From Anthoceros angustus (Eukaryota; Plantae; Anthocerotophyta), in assembly GCA_010909165.1 (NCBI GenBank), contig MU008183.1:744001-808000 (forward strand): DNA of 64,000 bases, in the 5' to 3' direction. A program made the position numbers and the translations under genes. The notes beneath the pieces were generated by a model, which worked only from the letters and a program-made list of their open reading frames with translations, did not search any database and was not told where the DNA came from. Positions 49,713 through 62,280 of this stretch are shown here, piece by piece (the first letter of the stretch is position 1; the number at the start of each line of letters is the position of its first letter).

Positions 49713-52700
49713 TCAGGATCGATGGTCAGCTCCATCTCCTTTTAGCAACGATGAATCTAGTGACTGAGGGGGCTGAGGCGACGAGACATCGCTCGGCTGA
49801 GATGGTCTTGGGACGGATTGTCTTTTATCCGGTTGATGGGGTACTTCGTTATCCCGTTGAATCAATAGTTTCTTACCCGGTTGAAAGGGTGTGGTCTCCG
49901 ACTGAAGGGGTAGTCCGGTATCCTCTTTATGGGACGGGTTCCTCTCCGCCGGCACATTAGACCGTGTTGCCGCACTTATGTCTGTTCGGGAGCCCTTTTT
50001 GCTTGTTGAACCTGTTAGTTCCTCCAGCGTCAGGCGAGGGATAGGAAGAGATCTCTCGTCATTCGTCTCAGCATATGGAAGCTTCTCTTCGTTGATTTGT
50101 TCTGCCTTCACTGGAACTACAGCAACTTTGTTTGCTTGTGAGCTTAACTTCAGTTTTGCTTGAGTCCATACAGCTAACTCTTTGACAATCCTCAATCCAG
50201 CATCCAGACTCTGCTACATACAAAGGTGATGGGTGATCAAGAATCAATCATAGCAAAGCTATAGGTACAAACTTCTCCACATGGGAACGACAAATAATCA
50301 GGGTGAAACTGGGAAGTTCGGAAAGCCAGTTGAAATAGCATTATTCCGTGGCCAGTTAATAGTCACTGACTAAAGTCCTGCGAGAGCCTCTCCTTACATC
50401 ATTCTGAGAATTTTGCATTTTCGAATGACCATGGGGCTTATAACCTAGATCAGCACTCCCATCGTTACTTCCTATATCCGAACTGGCATAGGAGGAAGAT
50501 TTATGCATGGGAGACAGAGGTGGGAGACCCGAAAACATCTTTCCAGACTCCGAATCGGACAAACTAGACAGTGAAGGCTTCCTTCTATGCCGATCGTGCG
50601 GCATGCTTGGTGTAAAGCCAATGCGGCTTTTTTGGGATGTGAATGACACAGGAGGGTTAGCATATGCTTGCATACGCCTTACTGCATTGAATTCTGCCTG
50701 GGTGGTTACCTCCATGAAACATATAGTGTTGATGCGAGTCCTCCGTAACTCAAAGGGCAATACTTCTGTACTGATTTGGTGAGCAAGTGCCTGCAAGTGC
50801 TTCAACATGCCCCTTGTCACTAAATAGTTCAGACGGTTTCCATCCAACTCAAACCAACATAAACAATACTTACAAGAATGTCATCCGGTGACATTTGCAT
50901 TACTCTCTCATCCATGTTTCCATCGTCGCTGCCTCTGCCCAAACCCCTACGAGGGCCAGCAGCTTCTCCAGGATCTCCCAGAAGCTCAAGTACCTTCTCC
51001 AACAGCAGATCCCTCAAAGTCACAGAGGCTTCCTGTGCTGCTGGACTGAGAAATGCTCGTAGAATAGCTTCAATGTAGTCCAACTGGCGAAGAAATAAAA
51101 CAAATGTTATTCGGAGAGTACATTCGGAGGACCAGAATTCATAAGGCAATCATCAGTAAAGAGTTATTCTCAGAACACTAACCTCAAGCATCAGTTGACA
51201 GAAGCCATTGATGTCCAATGTTCTCAACACTTGAGTTTTCTGCTCACTGAAGATATTAACCAGGGCATGCATAAGCCCCTCTACGAGAACACCAACCACC
51301 CGTTCAAGGAATGGTCGTGCACCAGCATACACCTACAAAAGGAAGCCAATGTCAGTGCACATCATAAAACACGCGTAAGCATCAATGATCAAGTGAAAGG
51401 AACGTACCTCGGCATGCACAGCAACCAGAGGATGTAGCAACTCCACAACATCATACCGTATACCCTAAATTACGAGAGAATTGCATAAGCAATGTTGCAC
51501 GTCACAGAAAAAGCTGTAATGACGTATCCGCTGGTTTGAACACAAATACGAGACAAACCTTCACTGGAGGGGCAGCGGCTAATTGCATGGCATCATCCAA
51601 AAGATAAGCAGCAGCTGCAACGCCTATAACTGAGGCCTGTAGGAAATAAGTTATTAGAATTTGCTACCGACAGATAAGGATCCAAGAACAGTTTTAATGC
51701 TGACGTGTTCCAAAGTGCTCACTTTTGAAGATGTGTACATTTCAAGAATCTTCTCTTCCAGATCTGTCAATGCTTCCACAGCATCCTCTGCAGTAGCTGC
51801 ATTATCATCATTAGGCCCCTTGCCCTTGGGGACTTGGCTCACACTGCAATAAGAAAACCATGTGAATTACAACCCCTGGTGTTCGGCAGGACATAAGGGT
51901 ATAACTTGTTGGAACCTTCCTTGCACCCTTACCCAGGATGGAGCCACACAGGCTTGTATTTCTTAGATAGTTCAGGCAAAAGATAGGTCTTGCAAAACCC
52001 ACAATTGCTCAGAACCATAAGTAGTCTTTGGTGAGGACTGATGACTTCCACCCCTGCTTGAAGGCCTACAAACTTGTCATCTTCAATGAGTCCATTCTCT
52101 GACTCTTTATCACTATGAAGTGCTGCCTGAGATAATTCCAGAGCCAATTTCTCCAAAGAATCTAGCATCAGAATGTGCAATGATATTATGAGATGATGCC
52201 CACAGCTTTGAAAATTGATGTTCACGTAGCACAAAAGAGTAAACAACGAGACATGTACCAGCTAGGTCAAGAAAACATTCGAAGAAGGTGAATCTCACTG
52301 AGTCCTGCATAGAGAAAACTTGCTCCATCATATCCTCATGCAGGCCTGAGGCCTCGCTTCTTAACCTCTCAATCATTCTGTAACATCAAAGCCATATCAA
52401 TAACAACGTTGATCTGCAGTTTCAAAGTAGATAAGTGCATAAAGCTGCAACTTTGAAGATGCACTGTCACCCCAACTGGAATTCACATAGGTTTGCCATA
52501 GCTGCTGGAGCAGCCTAAAGAGCTCACTCTTTCATGTGCTCCATGGACGAGACAAGCATCTCCTGGAATCTCAGTGGCAAGGCAGATATGGAGAAAGGAG
52601 ACCCATATCGCTCTGCCGTTGGCACTGGTGACCAATCTTCATCGTAAACAAGCTCCGACGTGGCCCCTCTCATCAATGTACACAGGCGCAGTACGAAAAC

Positions 52701-55700
52701 CTTTGTGATTTCCGTCCGCAAAATTAGAAGTGCTTGCACTGAACAGAGTGATGATCACAGCAACGCATAATGTCTTAGAAGAACTCCACATATGCAGTAT
52801 CATGTCATTTGGAAAACGAAAACATTGCACTACACCCCATAATGCTTGAATAAATGGACCCAACCTGCACTGGGAGGAGCAGCATCTTTTGCTTCTAGAG
52901 CAACACATGCTTTTGAAATCTCCCCCACTGCCTCCCTCATGTAAGGCCGCACAACAGTTGCCTCTGCTAGAGCTGTGAAGGCGTTTTGCACCTGCCAGAG
53001 GCCATTCAATAGCACCTGTGAGCAGCTTCTCTCACCCATTTCACCTCTCATAGTAGACACTCAAGACGAGAATTGGCTAGCAGCAGTAAGCTGACTTGGA
53101 TTATATTTACGAATCTCAGAACCTGGTGCACACCTGCTACAAATATGCAAGGAACTCGCATACCTTGCTCTCATACAGGGCAATGATATTATGAACCATC
53201 GTCACGACCTCTTCAATTGAGTGATTGCTGTACTTTGATTCTACCACCCTTTCTTCAAATGGATACTGGGCAGAGAGATCTGGAACATTTCTTCCCTTGC
53301 CTGGTTTTGCGACACTGCCAGCAGAAGAGACCGGTTGGCCAACCTGATGCACGCAAGCTATCAGACCTCCGAATTCATGAGTGACAAATACGTATTAAGA
53401 GCAGCGAGGGCCAACAATCAGACCTTTGAAAACTTCCCACTAAAAATTGAAAGAGCCAACCGCCAAAAATTGGGCACATGCCGGATGAGGACTGCAGTGA
53501 GCCGCCTGATTAATCTTCCCAACAGGGCATCAGACTCGTCACCAGCTGATTCCTTCAAATTTGGTTCTCCCACATCCTTGTCATTGTCATCTAGCAATAA
53601 GGACAAGTCTACCTCCATCTGCTGGGCAAAAAAACAGCACACCTCACAAACTGCACTTTCACCAGCACAACAAACCAAAACTGCAAATAATTTCGGCTCT
53701 TCTTACTCACAGTCTTATTTGACTCTCGCTGCAGCTGCTTCCACCGAGCATCTGATTGAACTTTTTCACGAAATCTGCCATGAAGGGCATCCATCCGAGC
53801 TTCATGCTCCACAGTGCATCCCTCAAGAAGACCGCGAATCCTACGGTCCTATTATCACATAACAATGCAAACAAGTTTGTGTCAAGCCTGCATATCAAGC
53901 TTTGAGAGTGAGTGACACAACAAGGACAAAATGGCGTCCAACACATTGAAGGGAAAGCCTGGATAGTAGTACCTGAATATTAAGGTAGTGCCAAACAGGG
54001 TCCGAGTCCGGCTCCAGTTCCAACAACAGTCGAATTGTATTTTCCAACTAGAGAATTGACCAAAAAAAGGGACTTTAATGCTGTCGATATGCCTCAAACA
54101 CATGCAAAATACACACAGAAGTACTGGCAAACCCAATCACAACACTGGATACCTGGGTCATCTCCACTTGAGGGTCTTCCATAGTTCTGTACAATGATTC
54201 TTTGAATTCTTGCACAATCTTGTCAACCTCTTCGAGGACTCTTTTGAGAATGCCAACCTGTACAGATACACATGTACTGTGCAGTCAAGAAAGAAGGTCA
54301 CCAATACATCCTACAATTCAGCTAGGACGTCAATGCCAGCAATCCATGTCAACTTAGATTTACCTACATGTGAAGGGAGAACAATTGACTTCGCTTTTTT
54401 GTACTCTCTGATTGCAAAATCAAAGTCTCCTTTGCTGATGTTGTTCCTAATTGTGCTTGGAAGATTGAACAACGTCCGGAAACGCTGAAGAAGTCCCTGT
54501 ACAGACCTTATTCTTTCCGCTTGAGCCTGCAGAGTGAGTGGACGCATCAGTTTCAGGTCTATGGCCAATAAGCTTGAGCAGGTGGCTAACAAAGCTAATA
54601 GTATCTAATAAGCAACCTGTCTTTCAAGGAGGGGTCCAAAGGCACGTCTGGCAACAGCATCCACATCAAGTATTGCAGCACTGAGGTGATTTGTGCCAGC
54701 GCCTTCAGGATCCGCTTCTATTTGTTTCAGCTTGGAGTGAATATCTGATAAGAGGCAGGCCCAATTATTACTAACCTTAACGGTGGCGAACGAGATCACA
54801 GCACAAATAACTCGCCTTGAACACTGGTCAACATGTTAATGTGAGTAACGAAAGGACGTGGCCAAAACAACCTACCATCTATGGTGTTTTTGCAGGATAT
54901 AAAACAATCAAAGTTCTCCTTGACCAGCTTCTTCAGTTGTTCTTTCCGATTCTGTAGATCCTGCTTCAAGGCTCTGTCTCCAGATTCCAGTGAAGCTGAA
55001 CTGGTGTTTTGGTGAATTCTGGCAAGAAAGTACTTCGGGTCAAATTTTTCAGAGTGGTACATCACTTTTTCTGCATGACAAGGTGCCCATGATCAGCACA
55101 GGTAACGGAAAGGAGACAGTAACAAAAGCTACTGCGCCAGCAACTCTGACCTCGGACAACAGGATCTCGAATAATAGGAGCCTCCTGCTCAGCCTCTTTA
55201 CTCTTTCCGGAGCCACGAGCTCCAAGAGCAGCTGAGCTCTCTTCATGTGTCATAAGAGTCAAGGTCTTGATATTTATCACACTGCCATTCAAAGACAGCA
55301 CAAGGGCACGACTTTCTTAATGTCCTGAAAAACCCTGATCCCAGAGACAGGGCTTTCATCATGATTAGCAGAATACAAATGGCATTACCCAAGGCCAAGG
55401 GGATCAATCAGGTCCTCGCCACGAGGGAGAACATCAATAACAGTGGTGGATCGCCGCATCCGTGTAACACTTGCTGCAGGAGCAGCCCTGGTTTCACGCA
55501 TTTCACGAACCCTGCGGACAAGCTGTGACAGGGAAAAGTCAGTAATGGCCAAAGCATTGCAAACTACCAGCAAACTTGATCACAGGCCAGGCCAGGACCC
55601 TTCAAAGGTACAACAGCTGACATATCATATCAATCGAAGCCCGATATCCCACTGCAGCCAGGTTCCCAGCAATCGCCTTCTAGTGATGGAAATGCATCAG

Positions 55701-56176
55701 GCGCCCTGTAGAGCTCCCCCCCACCATTCACAGCTGCTAGTAGGACATGTCAGTGACGCGAGTAATACCTCCGCTTCATCCACAAACTTCCAGGCCTCGG
55801 GCTCCTCGTCATCCTCATCCCACCCAAGGTCGCTGTCATCATCAAAATCGTCTTTATTCGCCTGCTTTGGGTCTGCACCTGCTGCAGCTGAAGTTTTCCT
55901 CGGGGGAGTGTCTTCCTCTTCAGACGATATACTAAGAAGCTCCACCTCCGACTCCTCATCGTCCTCGATGGGAGGAGGCGGAGGCTTGGGCGGAGCCCTC
56001 TTGGGAGGAGTCTTCGGAGCCGCGCGCGGTGGAGGACCTTGGCCAGCCAGGGCGACCACGGGAGGTGGGTAGTTCGGGGGCCGCTGGAACTTGGCCATCT
56101 CCCTTTGAGCCTGTTCCTGCACAGCTTGGATCAAAAGCTCGTCCTCCTCCTCCAGCTCCTCCTCATCGCCCACCAT
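49713..56176 (-). CDS. SEC5: Exocyst complex component SEC5 (EXOC2), multi-exon; stop at 50356 if the last intron is retained, or at 49713 with the extra exon
   Basis: ATG 56176 (MVGDEEELEEEDELLIQAVQEQAQR). Motifs LIDPLGLG, FDPKYFLARIHQNTS, LKKLVKENFDCFISCKNTID, FRTLFNLPSTIRNNISKG...AIREYKKAK, HVPNFWRLALSIFSGKFSK, ELRRTRINTICFME. Confidence 0.93.
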
Positions 56177-56583
56177 GGCTGCAGACACCAATCTCGGCCC
56201 AGCAGCCAGCTAGCTCCGCGCACAGTGTCACATATGGCGAGAATTACCAGGAACCGAATCCCGCAGCAAGCACCAAATCAGGACTTGCAAATTCCCGTCT
56301 CCCCAACCACACCGCAGATTAGACCGCCTGTATGCGACCCGAGGCAAACCAGATCCAACGGATGCAGCAAACATTTCCGGCAAAATGCGCCAACGATGCG
56401 CCAGCCAGGCAAACCCTGGCCTGGAGGACCAGATCTCGCTGCATGCAAAGCGCATGTGCTGCAGCCCGATGGTCGAGTCTACGGCCGAACCTAAGCCCCG
56501 CCTGGCTTGGTGCCGAACCTTGTAACCGGGTCTAGCCAGCTTCCTGCCGGTGGACTCCGAGGGCTCGGAAGAGCGAGCGAGCG

Positions 56584-57081
56584 ATGGCGGGAGTGAAAGT
56601 GAAGCCGGCATGGAGCGCGCGACTAGCGATCCAGCTGGTTCGAGGCTTGCCAGGCACCATGGCACTGCATCGCCGCACCGTGGCGGCGCTGGGGCTGCGC
56701 AGGCGCCACCAAACCGTTTTCAGGGACAACACTCCAACAATCCGGGGTCAGATCAATCAGGTCCGTATTCCAGTCACCTTTCGCCCTGCCTTGTTCAGGA
56801 TTTGAGCCATCCTGACACGGCGCTGTCAGAGATTTGGTAGCATTGAATGACAGATTCAATCCGCAACGAGAACTGGATTCCTGTGAGCCTTGCAAGGCTC
56901 CGCCAGGGTTTCGTGCGTGTTTTTGTGCGCTGGCTCTGTTTTGATTGTTTTTCCTTTGTAGGTGAAGAGGCTGCTGTATGTCGAGACTCAGGAGATGTAT
57001 GATGCAAGGGTGAAAGCTGAAGCTGAGCACAGAGCACTCAGGCCGCCTCTGATCTTTGAGCATACCCCGGCGAAGAAGTAG
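56584..57081 (+). CDS. RPL30: Mitochondrial ribosomal protein uL30m (bacterial-type L30), 98 aa
   Basis: Exons 56584-56760 and 56962-57081. LAIQLVRGLPGT...TVAALGLRRRHQTVFRDNTPTIRGQINQVKRLLYVETQEM...HRALRPPL. Confidence 0.9.
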
Positions 57082-57860
57082 AGATCGATTAGTATTCATG
57101 AGTTTTGCGAGCCTGCTTCAAAATTATTTTGCAGCCAGCAGACTGACCCTGCCTGCTTGGATTCGAGTGAGTCCTGAAGAATTAATCCCCTTCATGCCAT
57201 TGTGGTTTCGTTTGCACCTTCGGCATTCGACCACGACGAAGAGGATGGCAAAGGGTCTGGAGATGCATGGTTTGCACTGTCGTTCGAAAACGCAATTTCG
57301 GCAGACCGATGTGCCGGGGAATGGGAGCTTGTCCGACCGTAGTCTATATTCGACGGGCTCTTTAATGTTTTCTTAACGGTGGAATGTCATAAATAGGTGT
57401 AGAACTTTTATACTCCTATTTATCCTTACTAAGTACTAAGTTTTATAAACTGACCTCGTTTCATCGTACTAATATATACCTATTGTTATATTGCCAAACT
57501 ATTTATGTTTTCTTGGTAATATCATTAGAAGTCATATGTACGAGTGTGGTACACAGGACTTATTATTATACTAATTCTTTGTACGACTCATGAGTGTAAT
57601 AAATCCAAAAATCATCTTATCTATCATTTATTACGTCAACCCTCTTATCTATCGATCTATGCGAGAGCACTTTCACGACTCATACGTATAATAAATCCTC
57701 TATGTATCTATCTACATGTGGGAACTTTCATACGGGAACTGAGCACAACTTTCATACGGGAAATTAGTACATCGCAAATGCAAGAAAAGGAACTCAAAAT
57801 GTATCAGCTTCATAAAAAGACTAGCACAAGACCTTAACTCATATTTTTGGAAATATCATA

Positions 57861-58813
57861 ATCAATCTCTGTACCTTCTAACTAAAATTCAAGGTAAAGA
57901 AGCTTATGAAGAAGTTTGTGCGATAAAAGATTTAACAACCGGTATAAATGTGGCTGTAAAAAATATTAAATTAAAATATCAAAGTCGTATCACAATGATT
58001 TCTCTACTGCGAGAGATAACATTGCTCGAGCTATACGGCTATTATATTAGAGGTAATTATTTGTTCACCAACGGAAAAGGTAGATGAAGTTTATGTAATA
58101 ATATAACTAATATATCATGATTTATTTCAAGAGTTACGAAATATTGAAGAGCTTCCTATTGAAAACCAACAATCTTTATCACATCAAATACTTCAAGGTG
58201 TGGCTTATTTGCATGCAGCAAAAATTGTTCACCGAGACTTGAAGCCATCAAATATAGTGCTAAAATCTCAAGATGTAAGTAAAAGATGTGATTTTGAGTC
58301 GGCTCGGTTGATTCCAACAAGTCATTTCATCCATCAATAGACTTCATATTATGATATTGCAATTGAATACTATTGTGCTCTAGAGATATGTGGAGCATAG
58401 GATTTATCTTTGCCGAAATATTACAACGAGGAGTTTTATTTAAAGAAAATTTATCTCAAGGAAATGAAAACCAAATCAAGCTAATTAAAAGTTTTTTTGA
58501 AGCTGAAAATGGGACGTCAACAATGGTATTAACAAATGCTTTTGAAGTTCGATTTTCAAAAGCTGATCCTACTGCTTTGTCGCTACTTAAACGACTACTT
58601 GCCTTTCAACTTGAAGATAGAATAACCGCAAAACAAGCTCTACAACATCCTTTTTCGGAAGGTGTCGATGAAGTATCAAATTTCCATGTACAGCAAGACA
58701 TCATGAATATGAAGTTTCCTTTTGAAAGCCTATTTGTTAAAGAACTAAGAGATTTTTTTCTCATAAGATGTGGAATTATACTCTTCGCAAGAAAGAGAAA
58801 AAGTTGGGCATGA
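57861..58813 (+). pseudogene. Decayed MAPK-like (CMGC) kinase pseudogene in AT-rich DNA
   Basis: QGKEAYEEVC (eroded GxGxxG), VAVK, LLREITLL, HRDLKPSN, DFE instead of DFG, in-frame TAG, a frameshift before DMWSIG, ADPTALSLLKRLLAF. Retains an intron-like GT-AG segment at 58053-58131. Confidence 0.8.
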
Positions 58814-60056
58814 CCAAGATACACAATACCACAAAGAGGAAGATGTCGAATAAATCAATTATCCATAATGATTTAGAAAGCAAATCTGATTGCAGCTCAA
58901 ATGATGAAAATTTTGAAAGGGATCCAACCTATAAGCCAAGCTCAAAATTGAGCCATATATCAACATCCAGTATAGTTCTTCGCAAAAAACAAACTTGATC
59001 ACTAGGCTTTTATGAGAGTATGATGAATTGTGAGATAATACTTACACAAGGAGAAAGATAATGAGAATTAGAGTTGCAATCCCAAAATTCAATTTTAGTT
59101 GTAATTCATATACTTTGATTCATATTAAAAAAAAGCTACGGTAAAGGATGATCATGTACTTTAATAGAATATTTTTAAAAACTATTCCAATTATTATTTA
59201 CATGTTCGTGGTCACTCGCACAAGGATCATTACATGCTTGTGACGACAACTATCCGACCATTTAGGCAAGGATCCGACCCAATAAAATAAAAAACCAGAC
59301 ATGGTAATAAGAAGAATGTTAAGTCGTATTAGAATTAAATATAATTATTAATATGAATATTTTAATTTTTAATATAAAAAGTAAAAAATAAATAAATTTG
59401 TGTGTTTAGTTACATACAAGGTGTTGGGTATGCGTTTGTCTTATGTTTTCTTTTGTATCCTACAAAGTTCATACTCCCGATGTTGCATTTTGTGTCTTGT
59501 AGTGTGAACAAGACTCATATAGACTGGTGTGATAAGTAGCTTGTGAGTGTGAAAGGGGCAGGGTATAGCGAATATAGCATTGGACCAAAACACATTATTA
59601 TCTAGGGCAAGTGCTGGACCGCTGGGTATTCCCCTACTCGTGGCCTCTTGCCGGCATCACCTTACGAAGTGAAGGTAATCTCAACTACCCGGCTTAGGCT
59701 AAGTAAAGACGGATCACTTTACTCTGAAACCTAGACCATCTGTAAGCAAGCTTCGCCTCAACGCCATGCGGTCACACCACTTGCTCAGATGGATGGGGCC
59801 AGCAACTGCAGTGCTTTAAACCCGTGGAAATCATGCATGATCAGGCCTCGTTTTCACGGCCTAATCTGGCCTATCAGGCTGTGACCAATCAGGCCACTCA
59901 TGCTCGATCCGCACACTCATCTACACATGGTGAGCCTTAGCGTGACAACCAACTTCACCATCCAAACAGAGCAGCATCTCGTCAAATCCATAACGTTCAT
60001 AATGTTGCAAAGAGAAGCATGGCACAGGGCACCGTGACTGGAGTACTGGAGCGGTG

Positions 60057-62001
60057 TGTTAGAGTCAGACAGAAAGAGTGTGAGCGTGGAGACCGGAGGC
60101 CGGAGCTGCCGGGCTACACTGGTCTCTGTGTGAAACCAGTTCATGTCATAATGCTCGTCGTTCTAAATAGGCACCATCGTAAGAGACACGATCCGAATAG
60201 ACGACTCCGCCTTTGCAGACATGTTTTATGCCTCGCTACACTCATAATTCACACGCTTGTATTCTCTCTTCTTCGTCGTGTGTTTTTGCATTCATGTGTG
60301 TAGCTACGCACATGGTATCAGAGCTCGTGCAGTAGAACGTAATGAAATGCTTAGCATTCTACTAGGCACTATAATGGACAGAATATAATCCATAAACATC
60401 ATATCAAAATGGATAGACTCTGTCCACAATGCCGTGGAAATAAGAGACGAACTTCTACAAACAGATTGATAGAAGTCCCTCCTCATACAGAGAAAAATAC
60501 TTGTAGACACAATTCATTGCCTTGTCTTACAGTGCTAGAATTCATTCTCCTACATCAGAAAACAGCCCACAAACTCATTAGACAATCAATGAGCTACGCT
60601 CAAACTAGAAATCATGAAAATAGATACCAACTTTCTACCCTTTCCACTGATGTGGATGATATTTACAGGAGACTGATTTTGGTGCTGTTTCTGGTGCTGT
60701 TTTTGTTTCTGGTGTTACAAGAGACAGCATGATATCTATGAAATCCTAGAGAAGATTACGTCACAACTAGAAATTATGACAAAAAATCTTTGATTCCAAT
60801 TACCCTTGCCAAGCACAATGTCTACTCCCTCAAACAACAGGGCTTATCAAATTGATAAGTGGACCAGCGTCAACTATCATACGTGGGCAGCCCGCATTGA
60901 AATGCTTCTCTTGAGAAGCTCCACATGGTCTGTAGTTGATGGCACAGAAGCTCAGCCTGCATCTGGACATGCTGATTTACCTGCATGGCTGACCAAGGAT
61001 GCACAAGCACGATCAGACATTCTGCTGCATGTGGGAGATAGGTTTATACCTCTAATCAAAAGATTAACTACATCTAAGGACATGTGGGATAAACTAAAAT
61101 CCACATACCTAGAGGGGAGCATGGCATTTAGACTATATGCACAAGAACAGTTACAATCAATTAAACTAATAGAGGGAAATTCAGTCCTAGATTTCTTAGA
61201 AAACTAGCAAGCTTCTCTAGATTCAGTCATCTCCTTCGGATTATCCCTGGATGATGAGACTCAGGTGATGCATCTTTTGAGGGCTTTACCCCCATCATGG
61301 GGCCCTTTTATTTCAGGCCAATCAAATAGTGCAATACCTAGCAATCCTTTAACTCTAGCCACATTAATTCCTAGAATAATTGATGAAGCTAGGCTAAGGC
61401 AATACCTTACTTCAAGTACTCCTACAAGTACCTCTGCTTTCTATGTAGGCAGTAAGAAGCCCTAGAAACCCAAACCATCTTCCTCCACTTATGGATCCCA
61501 ACGGATCCCACAGCCTCCTCCAAATCCTGTTCACAAAAATAAGACATGTCACTATTGTCAGAAACCAGGTCACATAGCACCTAACTGTAGAAAAAAGAAA
61601 AGGGACAAAGCTGCAGGGATTCACATTGTCAACCCTAATACAGCACCAGCTTCAGTTAACACTGCATAAGCTAGTGATCAAGGCCCTTCCTACGTCTTCA
61701 CTGCTCAGTCTGGTAGCCTGGTTTTTGAGAAACCCCCTCAAGATCTGTGGCTTCTTGACAATGGAGCAACTGAGCACATGTCTCCAAGGAGGGATTGGTT
61801 CTTCCAATATACCTCTTTGCCCACTCCACAACCTGTCTACATGGGAGATAGCTCTCCACATATAGCTGTTGGTAAGGGAGTGGTAAAAGTGCAGCTTCAA
61901 AATCATGTAGCTTTCATAAAAAACGTCCTACACATTCCTGCACTGACACACAATTTGCTGCCAGTCACACAAGCTACTAGATCTCAAAACAGCAAAATTG
62001 A
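60057..62001 (+). mobile_element. Truncated Ty1/copia element: 5' LTR, PBS, disrupted gag, zinc knuckle and protease
   Basis: PBS TGGTATCAGAGC at 60313; LTR start is approximate (60057, alternatively 60003); gag 60806-61465 with an internal TAG; CHYCQKPGHIAPNC; LWLLDNGATEHM protease; no integrase or RT. Confidence 0.85.
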
Positions 62002-62280
62002 TGAGAATCATAGCTGCTCTAAGTAGCAAAACATAGAAGGCAGATAGTAGAAAGCTTTGCACAAAAGAGTTGTATGCATTGATTATAATAGAAAGTACAA
62101 AGCCTTTATATAGGCTAGGTGGTTATAACCATAAGGTGGTTGTAACCATAAGTAGTTCTAACCTCTAGGTGGTTGAAACAACTAACTACTAAATAAACTA
62201 CCTAAAGCCCTAAGAACTAAATTAAATAATAGTCTTAGGTGCCCTAGTGAAGAGTGCCTTAAATAGGTCATATTTCATCA
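62002..62280 (-). mobile_element. LTR of a second retroelement in opposite orientation that truncates the copia copy
   Basis: On the minus strand, purine-rich agtgggag precedes TGATGAAA... at 62280. The sequence ends ...TTCTCA at 62002 and contains a ctatataaagg TATA-like box. Confidence 0.55.

Noticed and set aside
58375-58405. EICGA read as the group-D MAPK ELCGS signature
   Set aside because: The same bases encode DMWSIG in the downstream frame, so the match is probably coincidental. The MAPK subgroup is left unassigned.
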